DNA of 63,469 bases, filler included, from Collodictyon triciliatum (taxonomy: Eukaryota): the NCBI GenBank assembly GCA_043381765.1. It is 33 parts of 33 records of this genome, joined end to end, with 100 filler letters (N's around TTAATTAATTAA, not from the genome) between each part and the next. Parts side by side here need not be neighbours in the genome. Positions count along the whole stretch, not along the records: positions 38,576 to 40,400 come from JBHJMP010010126.1; positions 40,501 to 42,324 come from JBHJMP010010127.1; positions 42,425 to 44,248 come from JBHJMP010010128.1; positions 44,349 to 46,172 come from JBHJMP010010129.1; positions 46,273 to 48,095 come from JBHJMP010010130.1; positions 48,196 to 50,018 come from JBHJMP010010131.1; positions 50,119 to 51,940 come from JBHJMP010010132.1; positions 52,041 to 53,864 come from JBHJMP010010133.1; 25 more parts are not named here. One strand, written 5' to 3'. A program made the position numbers and the translations under genes. The notes below the pieces were generated by a model that saw only the letters and a program-made list of their open reading frames with translations, was not told the origin of the DNA and searched no databases. Positions 38,697-52,305 of the stretch are shown in pieces. Within the stretch, counting starts at the first letter, position 1; each line of letters starts with the position of its first letter.

Positions 38697-39814
38697 CGGC
38701 AGCACATTCCGCTTTGCATCAGTCTCCCTTGAGACAATATCAAGCCCAGATTCCACAAACTCTGCAAGGCTATGACGAGGTGAATGCAGGACACGCAACA
38801 CCAAGGTTGGCGATATCATACATTCTTTCTTCTCTACTATTCATGTTAATGTAATCGGAATAAAAATAAATCGAAATGCGAGAATGGTACTGTTGGTCAT
38901 CGGAACATCATCGTAGTGCATGTGCCGTCAAGGTCATCTCTGAGACTAACGAAAAGCACTCTTTTCACGGGCAGGAATCACCCCGGGGCACTTATTCAGC
39001 TTTCAAACGACCCCAGCCAGAGAAACATGTCAGTCCCTCTTCGAAAGACTCGCTCCTACGAAGCCGCCCGCACAATCACTTCGCACGTGACAAACTCCAT
39101 CATGAACCCACCCAGAGTTGCAATGACCCCGTCTTCCATACCCACAGACCCTTCATCAATTCATGGAACAGAAAAAAAACACATGTCGATTACTCCAAGA
39201 CACTTGTCCAGTCCTTCTCCCCAACCTTTCAGCTCCACGTTAGTGTCGGTTCCACCAAGCAGACAGCAGACTGTTCCGGTCGCGAATGGGAACCAAACGC
39301 AGCCAACGCAAATTCCCTCACACCCATCATTTTCATCCATGGCAGCCATGTCCTCATCACCCCGCCCTAACAGCTTCTATATACTCAACTCCAGGTCGTG
39401 ATTGTGTCCTGCCGATGTGATTTGGTCTTTCCCTTTCCCTTTCCCTTTCCCTTTCCCTTTCCCTTTCCCTTTCCCTTTNNNNNNNNNNNNNNNNNNNNNN
39501 NNNNNNNNNNNNNNNNNNNNNNNNNNNNNNNNNNNNNNNNNNNNNNNNNNNNNNNNNNNNNNNNNNNNNNNNNNNNNNNNNNNNNNNNNNNNNNNNNNNN
39601 NNNNNNNNNNNNNNNNNNNNNNNNNNNNNNNNNNNNNNNNNNNNNNNNNNNNNNNNNNNNNNNNNNNNNNNNNATTGCTGTTATAGATGTTCCTGCAACA
39701 TTTATCGATATCAAATATGAAACACTTCATTTAATGTAAAGTATATACACCACCCCACAATTTAATTTTAAAAGAGAAATATAATATCACTAGACAAGCT
39801 ATGAAACCGAACCT

Positions 39815-40400
39815 ATGGCAAGCGCGAAGCGGTGTCCCGCTCTAGATGAAGCTGTAACAGAGATGAATGCAAATTCTAGTAGAAAAACATCCGAAGACTG
39901 GCTTATTGATGCTGCTGAACGTCTTAGTGATCGCACTACATTAACTGGGCTCTCTAATTTGAGTCAAGACTCTCCACTAGATGCAGCCAAGAACCGTGAG
40001 AACGAGGTGACTCCAAAGAAGCCAACAGCCATCCATAATCAACCAGAAACCCCACAAATAGCACCCCCATACCATGCAACAGCACCCGATCAGCAAAACA
40101 CAGGACAGCAGAAATTGGTCGCTTACTTGGAGCCTATGAACCATGTCTCTGTAGCTTCTGTCATAACATCATCGCGATACCGGTCCTCTGCAGCAGACCA
40201 CTCCCAATCTGTAGGATTTGTTCATCCTCTTCACCAAAACAGCCACCCCGTCTCAAGTTTGTACCACTCGCCATCAATGATCCAAATGAGATCATCCACA
40301 CCAACGAACACCCCAGAAATGTCTCAATATCAGAGCTATCGCGTTGCCAATCAGGTCTCAGTGGGTGAGACAACCCCACGGTTTGCGCATATGAATGCCA
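39815..40400 (+). CDS. Low-complexity S/T/P/Q-rich protein exon of unknown function; continues at 38697 once the scaffold is re-ordered
   Basis: Long open frame sharing SMIQMRSSTPTNTPEMSQY with ORF 38582. Confidence 0.5.
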
Positions 40401-43076
40401 NNNNNNNNNNNNNNNNNNNNNNNNNNNNNNNNNNNNNNNNNNNNTTAATTAATTAANNNNNNNNNNNNNNNNNNNNNNNNNNNNNNNNNNNNNNNNNNNN
40501 CATGAGAGCGGCGCAATACGTATAAACTTGAGCTGATAACCTAAAAGGCATAAATTGCTCACAGATACCGAGATGGCTTTGCGGAAAAACAATGACCTGC
40601 CAGCGACTTCCGCTACGGCACCCAGATATTCACTCAAAGCGCTCCTATTGGCCCATGGGTAATAATCTCATAAATTCATATAAAGGTGGACTAGGCCATA
40701 TTACTAGCCATTCACGCTATTTTTCAGTATTTGTTCGCGGGTCAGCGAAAATCGGCAAATGCAGAGTAACAACAGAACCTTAAGGGGTACCTTTTTTCAT
40801 AGCGAGTAAATATATTTCCCCTAGGGTTTCGCCCTGTTGCCACGCCTGGACAGAACGCCTATTTTTTTGGCCAGGAACGCAGGCGACCCCTGTGATGGAA
40901 TCAGCATGACTACAGACGCCATTTACTCACTCACCGCTTGGATGGCTTGGGTATGTGGGGTGTTTCGAGAGTCATCACAAGTATCGTGTACCTCTTAATC
41001 AAGTCAGAGTTTGCATGACCGGCCAATTAATTGAGATGCGTTTTCCTGAACGTACCCCAATACGCCATTTGAAATTCCTGCATGATCGAACACTATCTTT
41101 TAACAGAAGGAAGTTGTAACGCCAATATCCATGGAGGTAACCCGAGCTTCTCTCACTCTGACAGTACAGCAAGGATATTTTGATATTCACGGAGCCCGGC
41201 ACATAACCAAGCAAGCGCATATAATATGTCTCACTGATATACCCCTATAGGCTAGTGTGCTGCACATACTTCTATTTTACTCACGACGAGTGAGCATTCT
41301 GGGATAGTGAAGCTCGGTTGCTTGGTTGCTTGGCCATGCCGCAACACCTGTTATATGACATACCCTTTTTTTAAGCATATTTTCGAAAAACTTTATTTCA
41401 GAATAACTTGCATTAGTGCGGGACTGCAGACCTCGTATATACAACAGATAGCCAAGCAGAAACCACAGCGAAATGCCTTCGCTCTCCTGACCTTCTGTTC
41501 CCTCCCTTTTTTTTCCCATCATCCCCTGCTTTTGCGACATGCCTCTCATTTCTTAAACCAATTTGTCTTTCTCCTTCTCGCTGCTGCCCTTCCCTTCTTT
41601 ACGGGCCTCATCTCGCCCAAAGCTTTTTTTTTTAAGGAATTGGATAATGTGATACTATCACAATCCTCTCCACACGATGAGAGCTATTTCTACACTTGTG
41701 TATGGTCAGCATGATTCTGAGGTGAGTACTTCGAAATTCCTTCGAGCATGTGAGATTTTATTTTTGCGGACCAATTTTTTTTTTTTTTGCACATTGGAAC
41801 TGTCAGACTTTTTTGCGTGAAACGATTGAGTATGCCGTCGAATTCCTCCCTGGGGGCTTATGTGTTTCGCATTTTCAATACAAAGTCGACATTGCGAATC
41901 ATTAACAGGCTGAAAAGTGCAACGTCATTGCCACAGGACAGTCTGCGAAATACGTATTTGCGTTGCGGTGGGCAAAGGAGAAATGAGCCTTTAGATTCAA
42001 ATTAATGTGTCGCCCGTTCATTCATTTGACTCTTTTATTTTTTTGAGTTATTCCTTTTTTTTTAATTATTTAAGTATCACTCCATTCTCAATTGACACGG
42101 TGTTCTTCTGAACATCAACATTTGATGAAAACGTAGCGTTTTGCAAACCATCTTGTAGCAATTTTTTTGGCGCAATTAACAATCTTGGCTCATTGTTTTC
42201 TATTTTGGAAGGAGATGAGGCTCAAGAGACAAGTATACAGCGATGATGTCAACAAACAACCGTGTATGTATGTATGTATGTATGTATGTATGTATGTATG
42301 TATGTATGTATGTATGTATGTATGNNNNNNNNNNNNNNNNNNNNNNNNNNNNNNNNNNNNNNNNNNNNTTAATTAATTAANNNNNNNNNNNNNNNNNNNN
42401 NNNNNNNNNNNNNNNNNNNNNNNNTTTCTCTTATTCTTTTCTCTTATTCTTTTCTCTTATTCTTTTCTCTTATTCTTTTCTCTTATTCTTTTCTCTTATT
42501 CTTTTCTCTTATTCTTTTCTCTTATTCTTTTTATATCTTTAATGCACTTTAAATAATAAAATATATACTTCGTATTTCCTCTTATTCACGCTCTTTTTTT
42601 TCAAAGATCGCTCGTGTAATAAGTATTTGCCTGTTTTGAATTTTCTTTTGGCACCAAGAAGAGACTTAAAATGAACAGGATAGTGGAACTATATATCAAA
42701 GATGCATACAGCCGAAATATTTCTTACGATAGTGATGGTAATGATAATAATAAATAAATAAAAAGAATCCCAACTAACCAAAACGCGATCGGAAGGCACG
42801 AACATACACATTCCAGAGAAAATATGGACCAAATGTTAAGATTAGACACAGTCTACGATTATATTTTATCTGTATGTATCCAATCAACGCACTCCTGTAT
42901 TTCATTCAGATTTTGATTTTGACTTTCTTCGGAATTATCTTGCGCTTATTCTCTATAAAAATAAAATGGCATTCAAAGAATGACTGCTCCGATATTTAAT
43001 CATTTGGATAGAATCCTTTCGTACAAAGAATATTTGAAGCCGCACAACACAATTGAGCCTCTTAACAATGTATAGC

Positions 43077-44070
43077 TCGACAGTAAAGAAGAGACCACCT
43101 ATGCGGGTTACAACGCGAATATGATAAATCTTGTTGGAGCTTCCACAATAACATACGGAGTTTTTTACATCTTCAACTACTATCTTCTAAGTAGCCTTTG
43201 GGCTCATTTCCGTAACCACACACGGGTCGGGAAAGTGGAATGGTTGACAAGGTTCATCTGAATCTACTAATTGAACAAGAGAACCCCAGAGATGCAATAT
43301 GATTTGATTTATTATTGTACTATAGCACCAGTTTTTTTTCTTTATACGGCACTGTATATCATGTCTATAATGTTACCCTGTCACTGTGACATGCTTACGT
43401 TCTACAAACGTTTTAGGATCAACTCGAACTTGAATGCCATTTTTTCTGTGATTGTCCCTATTGCTATTTTGTTGAAAGAGGACGAATTGTGGTTATCTTT
43501 GCGGGGTAAAAGTGCGGCCTCATCCGCCACATTGGCTATATTTGTGGGATACATTATTATTGACTTGATAGCGATTCTTTCTGTTGTGAAAGAAATGAAG
43601 AATGCTGGACCGATGCTAGTCCACCATGGAATGGCTTTCTTGGGACCGCTTTTGGCAATTGTACTGCTCATGCTTGATACTCTGAAAGATATATTCATTT
43701 TGTTTATTCCTATCAATTTGCATAAGATGACATCAGTTATTCTTGGGTTAATGGAAATATTTATGCAATTCCCCATAGATATTAATTGGTTGAAATACAA
43801 ATTTTCAATCTCTATGGAATTTATATAATTTTTTTAATCATATACCTAATCCGAAAACAATTACTGTCACCATCATTAATTCATTAAATCGTATCAAGAA
43901 AATATGATGCTAAATATATCATATCTGTATAGCACCACAATAATTACCTACTTGTTTTGACGCTGTATTTGGTGACTGAGGCATCCACTCCTTTTGTAAA
44001 TACAAATTGGATGATTAATGACCTAGGCCTCCGAGACACTTTTTTGAATTCAATAAATGGAGTTATTGGG
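43077..44070 (+). CDS. TLC (TRAM/LAG1/CLN8) domain membrane protein, TMEM56/TLCD4-like, multi-exon, 3' end missing
   Basis: KVEWLTR-INSNLNA...IFVGYIIIDL...MLVHHG...YLVTEASTPFVNTNWMI. Confidence 0.85.
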
Positions 44071-44348
44071 GTAAAGCACTTTGCGTTGCCGATGTTGATT
44101 ATCCGTTTTAAATTACCATATCATATCTTTTATTCATCTTATCGTTTGCTTCTTTTTTTTCTTTTTTTTCTTTTTTTTCTTTTTTTTTCTTTTTTTTCTT
44201 TTTTTTCTTTTTTTTCTTTTTTTTCTTTTTTTTCTTTTTTTTCTTTTTNNNNNNNNNNNNNNNNNNNNNNNNNNNNNNNNNNNNNNNNNNNNTTAATTAA
44301 TTAANNNNNNNNNNNNNNNNNNNNNNNNNNNNNNNNNNNNNNNNNNNN

Positions 44349-44400
44349 CGCAATACCAAAATCTCCTGTTGTTTTAAATGCTTAGGTCGAGCTTCGAATC

Positions 44401-44497
<97 letters not shown>

Positions 44498-44730
44498 GAA
44501 AAACAGAAAATTAAATAAACATGGACATAAAAGATGCCATTTTTAAGATATCGATGAATGAAATTGAACGAACCTAGCTTTACTGTGGCGTTGTTGGTAA
44601 GAAATATATTCTATGATAATGTCGTTAGATTTGACTGTGATTTGCGTGGAGGGATGTTGACCACATGGATTTTTATATTTATAGCATAAATAAAGCACAT
44701 TCTTGGGCCATAGTTTGTTCATTTTCTTTT

Positions 44731-44823
<93 letters not shown>

Positions 44824-45853
44824 CCACTATCGCTATCCAGTGATAATACTTGTTTCAAGACTATTACATCGGCAGGGTCTTGAGAAATGCAAATATTGAT
44901 AAATACCTGAGACTTAAGGTCACGATGAAGGATTTTCTTGGAATGGATATAATCCAACGCCATAGTTATTTGCGTGAGCCAGTCAACAATTTGCTTTTTT
45001 TTTTTTTTTGGAAAAAAATAACACGCCAATTTTTGAAACAAACGGAGGTAGAAAATCAAATAAAAAAGTTTAACAATATAATTAAAGGTTTTATGTGGTA
45101 TTCAAATAATTTTTGGCACATATCTAAGTGTGTTTATAATTCATAATGTAGACTTTTTCAGGCAGATATATAAACTTAGTATTTTCATCGAGCCCTTACT
45201 GATTCATCAATTGGCCTTCCTTTTCGCTGTTTGATATAGTTTGATAAATCGCCCATTTCACAATACGCCATAACTATGCATAACATTTCTTCTTTTGTTG
45301 AAAATGACTCCTAATCGAACCAGTAACAACAAAACATCATTGTCAAATCAATATAATAATGAATCATAGGAACAAGTGCATATAAAGGAAAATTAATCGA
45401 GAAGGCTCGATATTGATATATATATAAAGAGACACTCGATACAATTATTTGATGATGTAGAAAACCTTGTAAGCAACGATGTTTGGGTGGAGTAGTTTTG
45501 CCAATAAGTTAACCTTTTATGAAAATAAACGGGTTGGTATGTAGGATGTATACGAGTAATTGGTAAACAAAGCGGTGATGGTATCGCAGCATATGCTCTT
45601 TTTGAATTCAGTTGAAGACGATATAATAATTTAGTTAGGAAGAAAGAAGAAAAACAAAACAAAAAACAAACAAACAAAAAACAAACAAACAAAAAAAAAC
45701 CTCTAGCTTTGCGGACTCGCGTTCCTTCCTGGACGCAGCACGAAGGTTCATCTTCTTTATGACATACACCTGACGCTCAACTTTGTGCCGTGCAAGAAAG
45801 GCTTCTCCGTATGAGCCTCTCCCGATCTGCCGTATCAACTCATAGCGCTCCAT
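44349..45853 (-). CDS. NIMA-related (NEK1/NEK4-like) kinase, N-terminal kinase domain, multi-exon
   Basis: MERYELIRQIGRGSYGEAFL...YVIKKM...LE-VNLLAKLLHPNIVAYK-ESF...IVMAYCEMGDL...[46 protein letters not shown]. Confidence 0.92.
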
Positions 45854-47301
45854 CCAAGTCTGCTTATACTGAGAACCTTAAGTAATAATAATAAAAATAA
45901 ATAGAAAAAAAGAAAAAAAAGGTTGAACAAATGAGCCAATCAAAGAGACAAAAAAAAAGAAGCCAGGAGTAAATGAAAGAAAAAAACATCGAAAATGAGG
46001 TACGATTACACAAGCATGGATGAAGCATAAAATACTTTCACTGTACATATAATTTGGTACTTTCTTGTATACAAAACACAAAACAAAACAAAACAAAACA
46101 AAACAAAACAAAACAAAACAAAACAAAACAAAACAAAACAAAACAAAACAAAACAAAACAAAACAAAACAAANNNNNNNNNNNNNNNNNNNNNNNNNNNN
46201 NNNNNNNNNNNNNNNNTTAATTAATTAANNNNNNNNNNNNNNNNNNNNNNNNNNNNNNNNNNNNNNNNNNNNGGGAGTGGAAGCTTATAGCCATAGGTTT
46301 CTTTTGCAAGCAAGAGGGAGAAATCCCTTCGACAACCCCTACTGAAAAGACCCTAATACGGTCTGGAAGGAAGTGAGTTAATCATGCAGAGAAGTCCTCT
46401 TTGCACTCGACCTAGTGCTTATCAAACGAACCTCACTTCTCTTTTCACCATCCTTATCGACACCTTGCGCCATCAAAGCAGTATTCCCCCTCCTCCATCC
46501 AATCAATATCACCCGTCCCTTTTTTTATCATGCTCGTGGGACACTATCACGCGTCCCCAAAAGAAATCCATGCATCTCTTATCAAGCCTCAAGGACCTCT
46601 CTTTTTCCTTTATTTTCTTTTTAAATATCCCTGATTTTATTTTTCTATCTCCCACACATCCCCACCTACTTTCGAACTACTTGCCTGATGGTTGAATGAA
46701 AGATTGTTGAGACGGGCTCAACAGCTAACACTTTTAGAATAAAAAAAAGTATGCATGAAATGAGCAGCGAACGGATATGTTTGGATGAGGTTTTTTCTTC
46801 ATTGCCACTCAATGGAGTCGAACAGAGCGGTTAGGGTCGAGGAGGTTTGTGTTGCAGACTCTGGGAGTATTTGTGTCAAAAACTATTAAATGATACAGAT
46901 AATTATCTTGCTACTTTAAGATTGTTTAAGCTGCTGGCAACCTGGGTAGTGCAGCTTGCGGCGCGTGGTGGATGCATTTTTCTGCATCAGCCTTTCAACC
47001 CTGCCATTTCTGCACTTTTTATCTAGCACCCTGCACACGCAAAAAAAAAAAAAAAACTTGGACAATCTGCTGCGTTTTATCTTCGCTTTTGCTTTTTTGG
47101 TTACCGTCGATCCTTTCTTTGTTTTTTCTTTTTTCATAACCTATCTATTCAACCTGTTGCTTCATATCGCGATATATACAAGGTGGGTTCCATTAACATC
47201 CTACTATGACTCAGATATAGTATTGTCATTCAAAGGTTTAAAGTGCGGCCGTATTGCGTTGTTTTGGCGCTTTATGTGTTTAGAGAGATATATGTACATA
47301 G

Positions 47302-48047
47302 ATGAGGCTTCCCACCGCAAGCTGGAGACAATCGCGAACCCCGCAAGTCCTTCCAAATCACCGCTCTCTAATGCATAATATCACCAATAGGGAGCTCTGG
47401 ATAGGCACACGCGCGGCAAAAGCTGGCAAAGTCTCCCAACAATGCACACTTTGCAGCGACGGTGATGAATCCATTGAGCACACATATGTGCAATGTCTCT
47501 TCGCTCAAAACCTGCGCGAAACGGCCGGTGAGATTCTTCGGCTGACATTCAAGACGGGTGCAGCTGTTTGTCCAATCCAGGCGATATTTGGGCCTCTGCA
47601 ACAACAGCTGCGTCCAGATGCAAAAACACTATGGACAGTGACGCGAGGCCATTTGCTATGGACTATGTGGATAGCACGCATATACTTACGCAAACCAAGA
47701 CTCAACAACAACCCACCCATTCCTGATAACAGGCTGGATGACATCATACAAATCTCTTTCCTCAATGGCTTTCTTCGCCACCTGCACGTTCTCTACTACT
47801 CCGACCCCGTGAGAAGAGACATGTGGAAAGAGGCTGAGAAAGTGATTCAACCTCGCCTTGCCTCTCTCATGCAAGCACAAGACCCAGGCTACAGGCCAAA
47901 CCACAGGATGCAATTCCTGATTACCGGCTACTTCTCCGCCAACCAGCCACCAAGTAGCGTCCATGCAAACGATGACTAGCGAACCAGAGCCAACAACCCT
48001 ATCATCCTGCACAAAATTGAAAGGAAGAAAAAAAGACAAAAAAAAAA
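47302..48047 (+). mobile_element. 3' part of an L1/Tx1-like non-LTR retrotransposon (ORF2 C-terminal zf-RVT, short 3' UTR, A-rich tail)
   Basis: CTLCSDGDESIEHTYVQC (CCHC) followed by LWTMWIARI; stop at 47979; A-rich tail; homologous copies at 24739 and 61294. Confidence 0.88.
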
Positions 48048-49011
48048 TGAACCCCGAATAAGTCATACGCCGCATCGCGCATATTACAAAGTCTCNNNNN
48101 NNNNNNNNNNNNNNNNNNNNNNNNNNNNNNNNNNNNNNNTTAATTAATTAANNNNNNNNNNNNNNNNNNNNNNNNNNNNNNNNNNNNNNNNNNNNGCTTG
48201 ACGCAGCAGCCAGCAACCAACCAAGCAAGCAGCAGTGTTTTTTGTCTCGACTGCCTTCCTCAAGTCGTCTTTCAAGCTTCACTCACACATGTGCGAGCAC
48301 ACACGAGACTCGAACAGCCTTCAACTTACTTTCGGCTGAATAATGCAGTGTTTTTACTATGACACGCACGAAGCCTCTCAAGTAAGTCTTTGCTTTGCTT
48401 TGCTTCTTCATTATGTTTTTTATTTTTCTGTCTTCAGAATTCTCCTTTTTATTTTGTTACAAAAACAGACACGCACGATGATTTCTCTCAATTCTTTTAT
48501 CTCACTTCGCCATTTTTCTTTAGAATTTTGGCAAAATTTCCGCTTCTTTCTGCTGCCCACACGCGAAGCTTCTTGTAATTTTTATTGTTATCGAATCATA
48601 ATTTGTCTTATGTTTTTTTTTGATTTCGTCGAACTTTGCTAAACTTTTTTATTTTCCAGTTATTGTGTTTTTCATGTTATTTTCAATAGAAGTCTTCCAA
48701 ATCAACCTTTTTTTCTTGCCAGCCGTCTAGTTTTTGCCGCTATCTCCGCTAACCTTACTATCGACGCTAAAAAACCCCGATTGCACCTCCGAATCTCTGC
48801 TATTTATTTCGCAGCTGATTCGTCCCTCTTCACTTTCCTGCTTTTCTTTCAGCCGCAGCCAGTTATCTGCAACCCGTCACCTTCACCCATTCCCAAGCAA
48901 TACGACACCAAACAAATAATCACTGCGCAACCTGCCCACACAAAACTCGACTCATTCGTCTCCGGTTTCCTCAGACAGCGTCACAACCACCTTCCGTCCC
49001 CCTCCGCCGCC

Positions 49012-50018
49012 ATGGCTGATCGCGCCGCCCGTCTCGAAGAGCTGCGAAAAATCGTCGGTTACGGCAGCATCGCGGAGCTCGAAAAACGCACAGAGCTGAA
49101 ACTCAATAACAAAAAACTGACTTCTTTGCCGCCCGGTGTCTGGGATCTGCCAGGCTTGGTGAAGTTGTCGCTCTGGGAAAATCAGCTTTCGTCGCTGCCG
49201 CCGGAAATATCGAAGTTGACGGGACTCGCGGAGCTTCGTGTTAGTGTAAACCAGCTTTCGTCGCTGCCGCCGGAAATATCGCAGTTGACGGGACTCGAAG
49301 TGCTTTATGTTGGTAACAACCGGCTTTCGTCGCTGCCGCCGGAAATATCGCGGTTGACGGGACTCGCGTTGCTTAGTGTTGGTGTCAACCAGCTTTCGTC
49401 GCTGCCACCGGAAATATCGCAGTTGACAGGCTTGGTGAAGCTTAGTGTTAGTAGAAATCTGCTTTCGTCGCTGCCTCCGAAAATATCGCAGTTGACGGGA
49501 CTCGAGGAGCTTAATGTTCATGGCAATCAGCTTTCGTCGCTGCCGCCGGAAATATCGCACTTGACGGGACTCACGGAGCTTTGGGTTTACAGCAACCCTG
49601 TAAGTGTTTTGTTGTTTTTGTTTTATTAAAGAAAAGTGACTAACGATGTGTGCAGATCAAGGAGCTTCCACCGCAAATCACGGCACTCACGAATCTGAAG
49701 TATCTCAACATCGAGTATGATGGGAATATAAGCATCAAGCGCGCACCGCGCGGAATCACGAACCTGCCGTGCTGGAAAGAAAAAGGAAGAGAAAGAGAAC
49801 ACATCCAAAAGCTGCAGTTATACGAAGTACCAGTAAGTCATATTAATACAATAATAAAATAAAAATAATTTTTTTTTAAAAAAACGAAGAATACTAAAAA
49901 TAACAAATAGGAAGCAGAAATGCTGAAGCCAGGCTGGACACCGAACGCAACCCAAATCCACTTTGAATCGCTGAATTTTTACGGAATGAACATCTCTGCG
50001 CTTCCACCCAACATCACG
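49012..50018 (+). CDS. Leucine-rich-repeat protein with near-identical 23-aa (69-bp) tandem LRRs; exons 49012-49599, 49656-49832, 49911-gap
   Basis: Seven units of the type LSSLPPEISQLTGLxxLxVxxNQ; GTAAGT donors and a GACTAAC branch site; 3' end missing. Confidence 0.9.
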
Positions 50019-50689
50019 NNNNNNNNNNNNNNNNNNNNNNNNNNNNNNNNNNNNNNNNNNNNTTAATTAATTAANNNNNNNNNNNNNNNNNNNNNNNNNN
50101 NNNNNNNNNNNNNNNNNNCCAGAATCCTTTCGGATGGGTAAGCATATCTGTCCACCATCTCATCGTGAGCGATGTCCATGCAATGCCAGGCGTTATGAGT
50201 CCCAGTCCTCCCTCCGTGGGTGGCTTAGAGAGTATCTTGATTTTATATTTTTGATTATTCGTAGTGATGAAGTTGCGGCAGATGTCTTCCAGCTCCTTCA
50301 GCCCTCTGAGGATTCAGCAGAGTTCTTTTCATGGTTTATTCCCATTCCGTCTAAAAAATATTAAAAGAAAAAAGATGAGGAAACCACCTTCGCCTTTGAG
50401 ACAAAAATGAGCTGTGGACAAGACAGTGGAAAACCCCGGATTGTGTGGTTGGGGGTTTTGTGTTTTGGGTATAAGAAAAAAAAGAAATACAGAAAGGAGA
50501 GAAAGTGTTGTCACACGCAGACTATTCTACCCGAGGTTGAGCTCCAACGCGGTTTCTGGTTGTATTCGACACTTGTAAAAGAGCAAATAAAGTTGTTGGG
50601 TCGATGAAAGTACGCACATGGCAATTACTTCGAAAACCGATTCAGACGAGTCCTTTCATCCTTCTATCTCAGACAAGGTTGACGTCCTA

Positions 50690-51560
50690 TTTCATTCCAC
50701 AGGATGAGTCTTTTGAGGGGACAACGGGTCACTTTCCTTGCGTTTCTTGCTGGGCGACTCAAACAGAAAGCGATACATCGTTGTTTGTCTGGTATTATCG
50801 GAAGTGGCGCTTGACTGTCCCCTGGCATCGGGGCCATGCGTAGCCAGCAGCGGACTTCACTTAATCAGAGTATGGATACGCGTTTGTGGTTTTAGAAACA
50901 TACGCTCCTGCTTACTCGGACTGTCTTTATTATATCGAGTTCCAAGCTTGGATTCGACTTGTGGTGTTTGCTCTTGCTCCTTGGTTATCGGTGCGACGGG
51001 CTGGGGCATGGATAAACAGACTATCTTTGGTGGGCGCTGGTTCTTGTGTTGGCTTCTCTTTGGAGTATCCTTTCGGATAAGTAACGAACACTGCCTTGAG
51101 GCCTCCTGTATTAACCATATTCACGTCAGTCTGAATGGGTAGTTTAAGGGGGGATTTCTTTCGGGGTTTGGAGATGCGCTGCTCTTGGGTCTTGCAATGT
51201 GCGGGCTTGTCCGGTGTTGGCGATGGTGGGCTCGAGTGCGAGGATTCTGAAGAGGAACCGAGATTTCCTTCCATGTCGTCGCTGTCGCTGTATGCGCGTA
51301 TCTGCTGTGAGTCATGCGGGCTCTGTTGTTGCCTGGCCTTGGCTTCCTTGACCCCGTTGCTGCTTGCCTGCTTGGTAGGTGTATTCTTTTGCGGGGCTTT
51401 TACTTGTAGTTCGTTGTTCGCGACTTGCGGACGCTCTTTGAGGATGCTTTGGACACTTTTTGCCCATGACCGTAAACTTTGCAGGGAGCTGGTTCTTGTG
51501 ACGAAGATACTTCATACTGGATTGCTTTGACATACCATATTCAAATTCTATTCCTTAATT
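50690..51560 (-). pseudogene. Degenerate intron-less S/P/K-rich reading frame, possibly a decayed retroelement ORF1
   Basis: Long partly open frame (SILKERPQV...SSPPSPTP...ESPSKKRKESDPLSP) broken by stops; no diagnostic domain found. Confidence 0.25.
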
Positions 51561-51875
51561 GGAAATGGCTGGAGATCTGGAGTCTCAATTTCGCCGAAGC
51601 CGAAGCGATGCCTGTGTATCAACCACGGATTGGCCCCCAAACAATCGGAACTGCAACCAGAATCGCAGCCACCGCGCCCACCAATAGCGAGTAACGAGCG
51701 CAAGTCACGCGCCACACGAGATTCATCACCGCCATGGGTCTAGATCTTCAATTCCTTTTCCTACCAGAGAGTCTCAGAGCAACCGTATTGATCTGCTGTC
51801 ACGCAGCAGAGACCAGTGGCAAGACTGAAACGTGAAACATGCTACCCGTGATAACCACAGAAAGCATTCAGCTAA

Positions 51876-51940
<65 letters not shown>

Positions 51941-52193
51941 NNNNNNNNNNNNNNNNNNNNNNNNNNNNNNNNNNNNNNNNNNNNTTAATTAATTAANNNN
52001 NNNNNNNNNNNNNNNNNNNNNNNNNNNNNNNNNNNNNNNNAAAAAAAAAAGAAGAAGAAAAAGAAGCCAGATATGCATATAAATGGTTCTTCTATTTTTT
52101 TCTATTTATTTTGCATTTTAGAATAAATTTCCTGGTAATTTTAAGATTTGTGCTGTGCTTGAATGTTCATTTATCGGTCTAATTTCTAACTTG

Positions 52194-52298
<105 letters not shown>

Positions 52299-52305
52299 TT
52301 CACAG

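Noticed and set aside
40501-41700. GC-richer intron-less segment suggesting a decayed transposon
   Set aside because: No recognisable motif in any frame; left unannotated.
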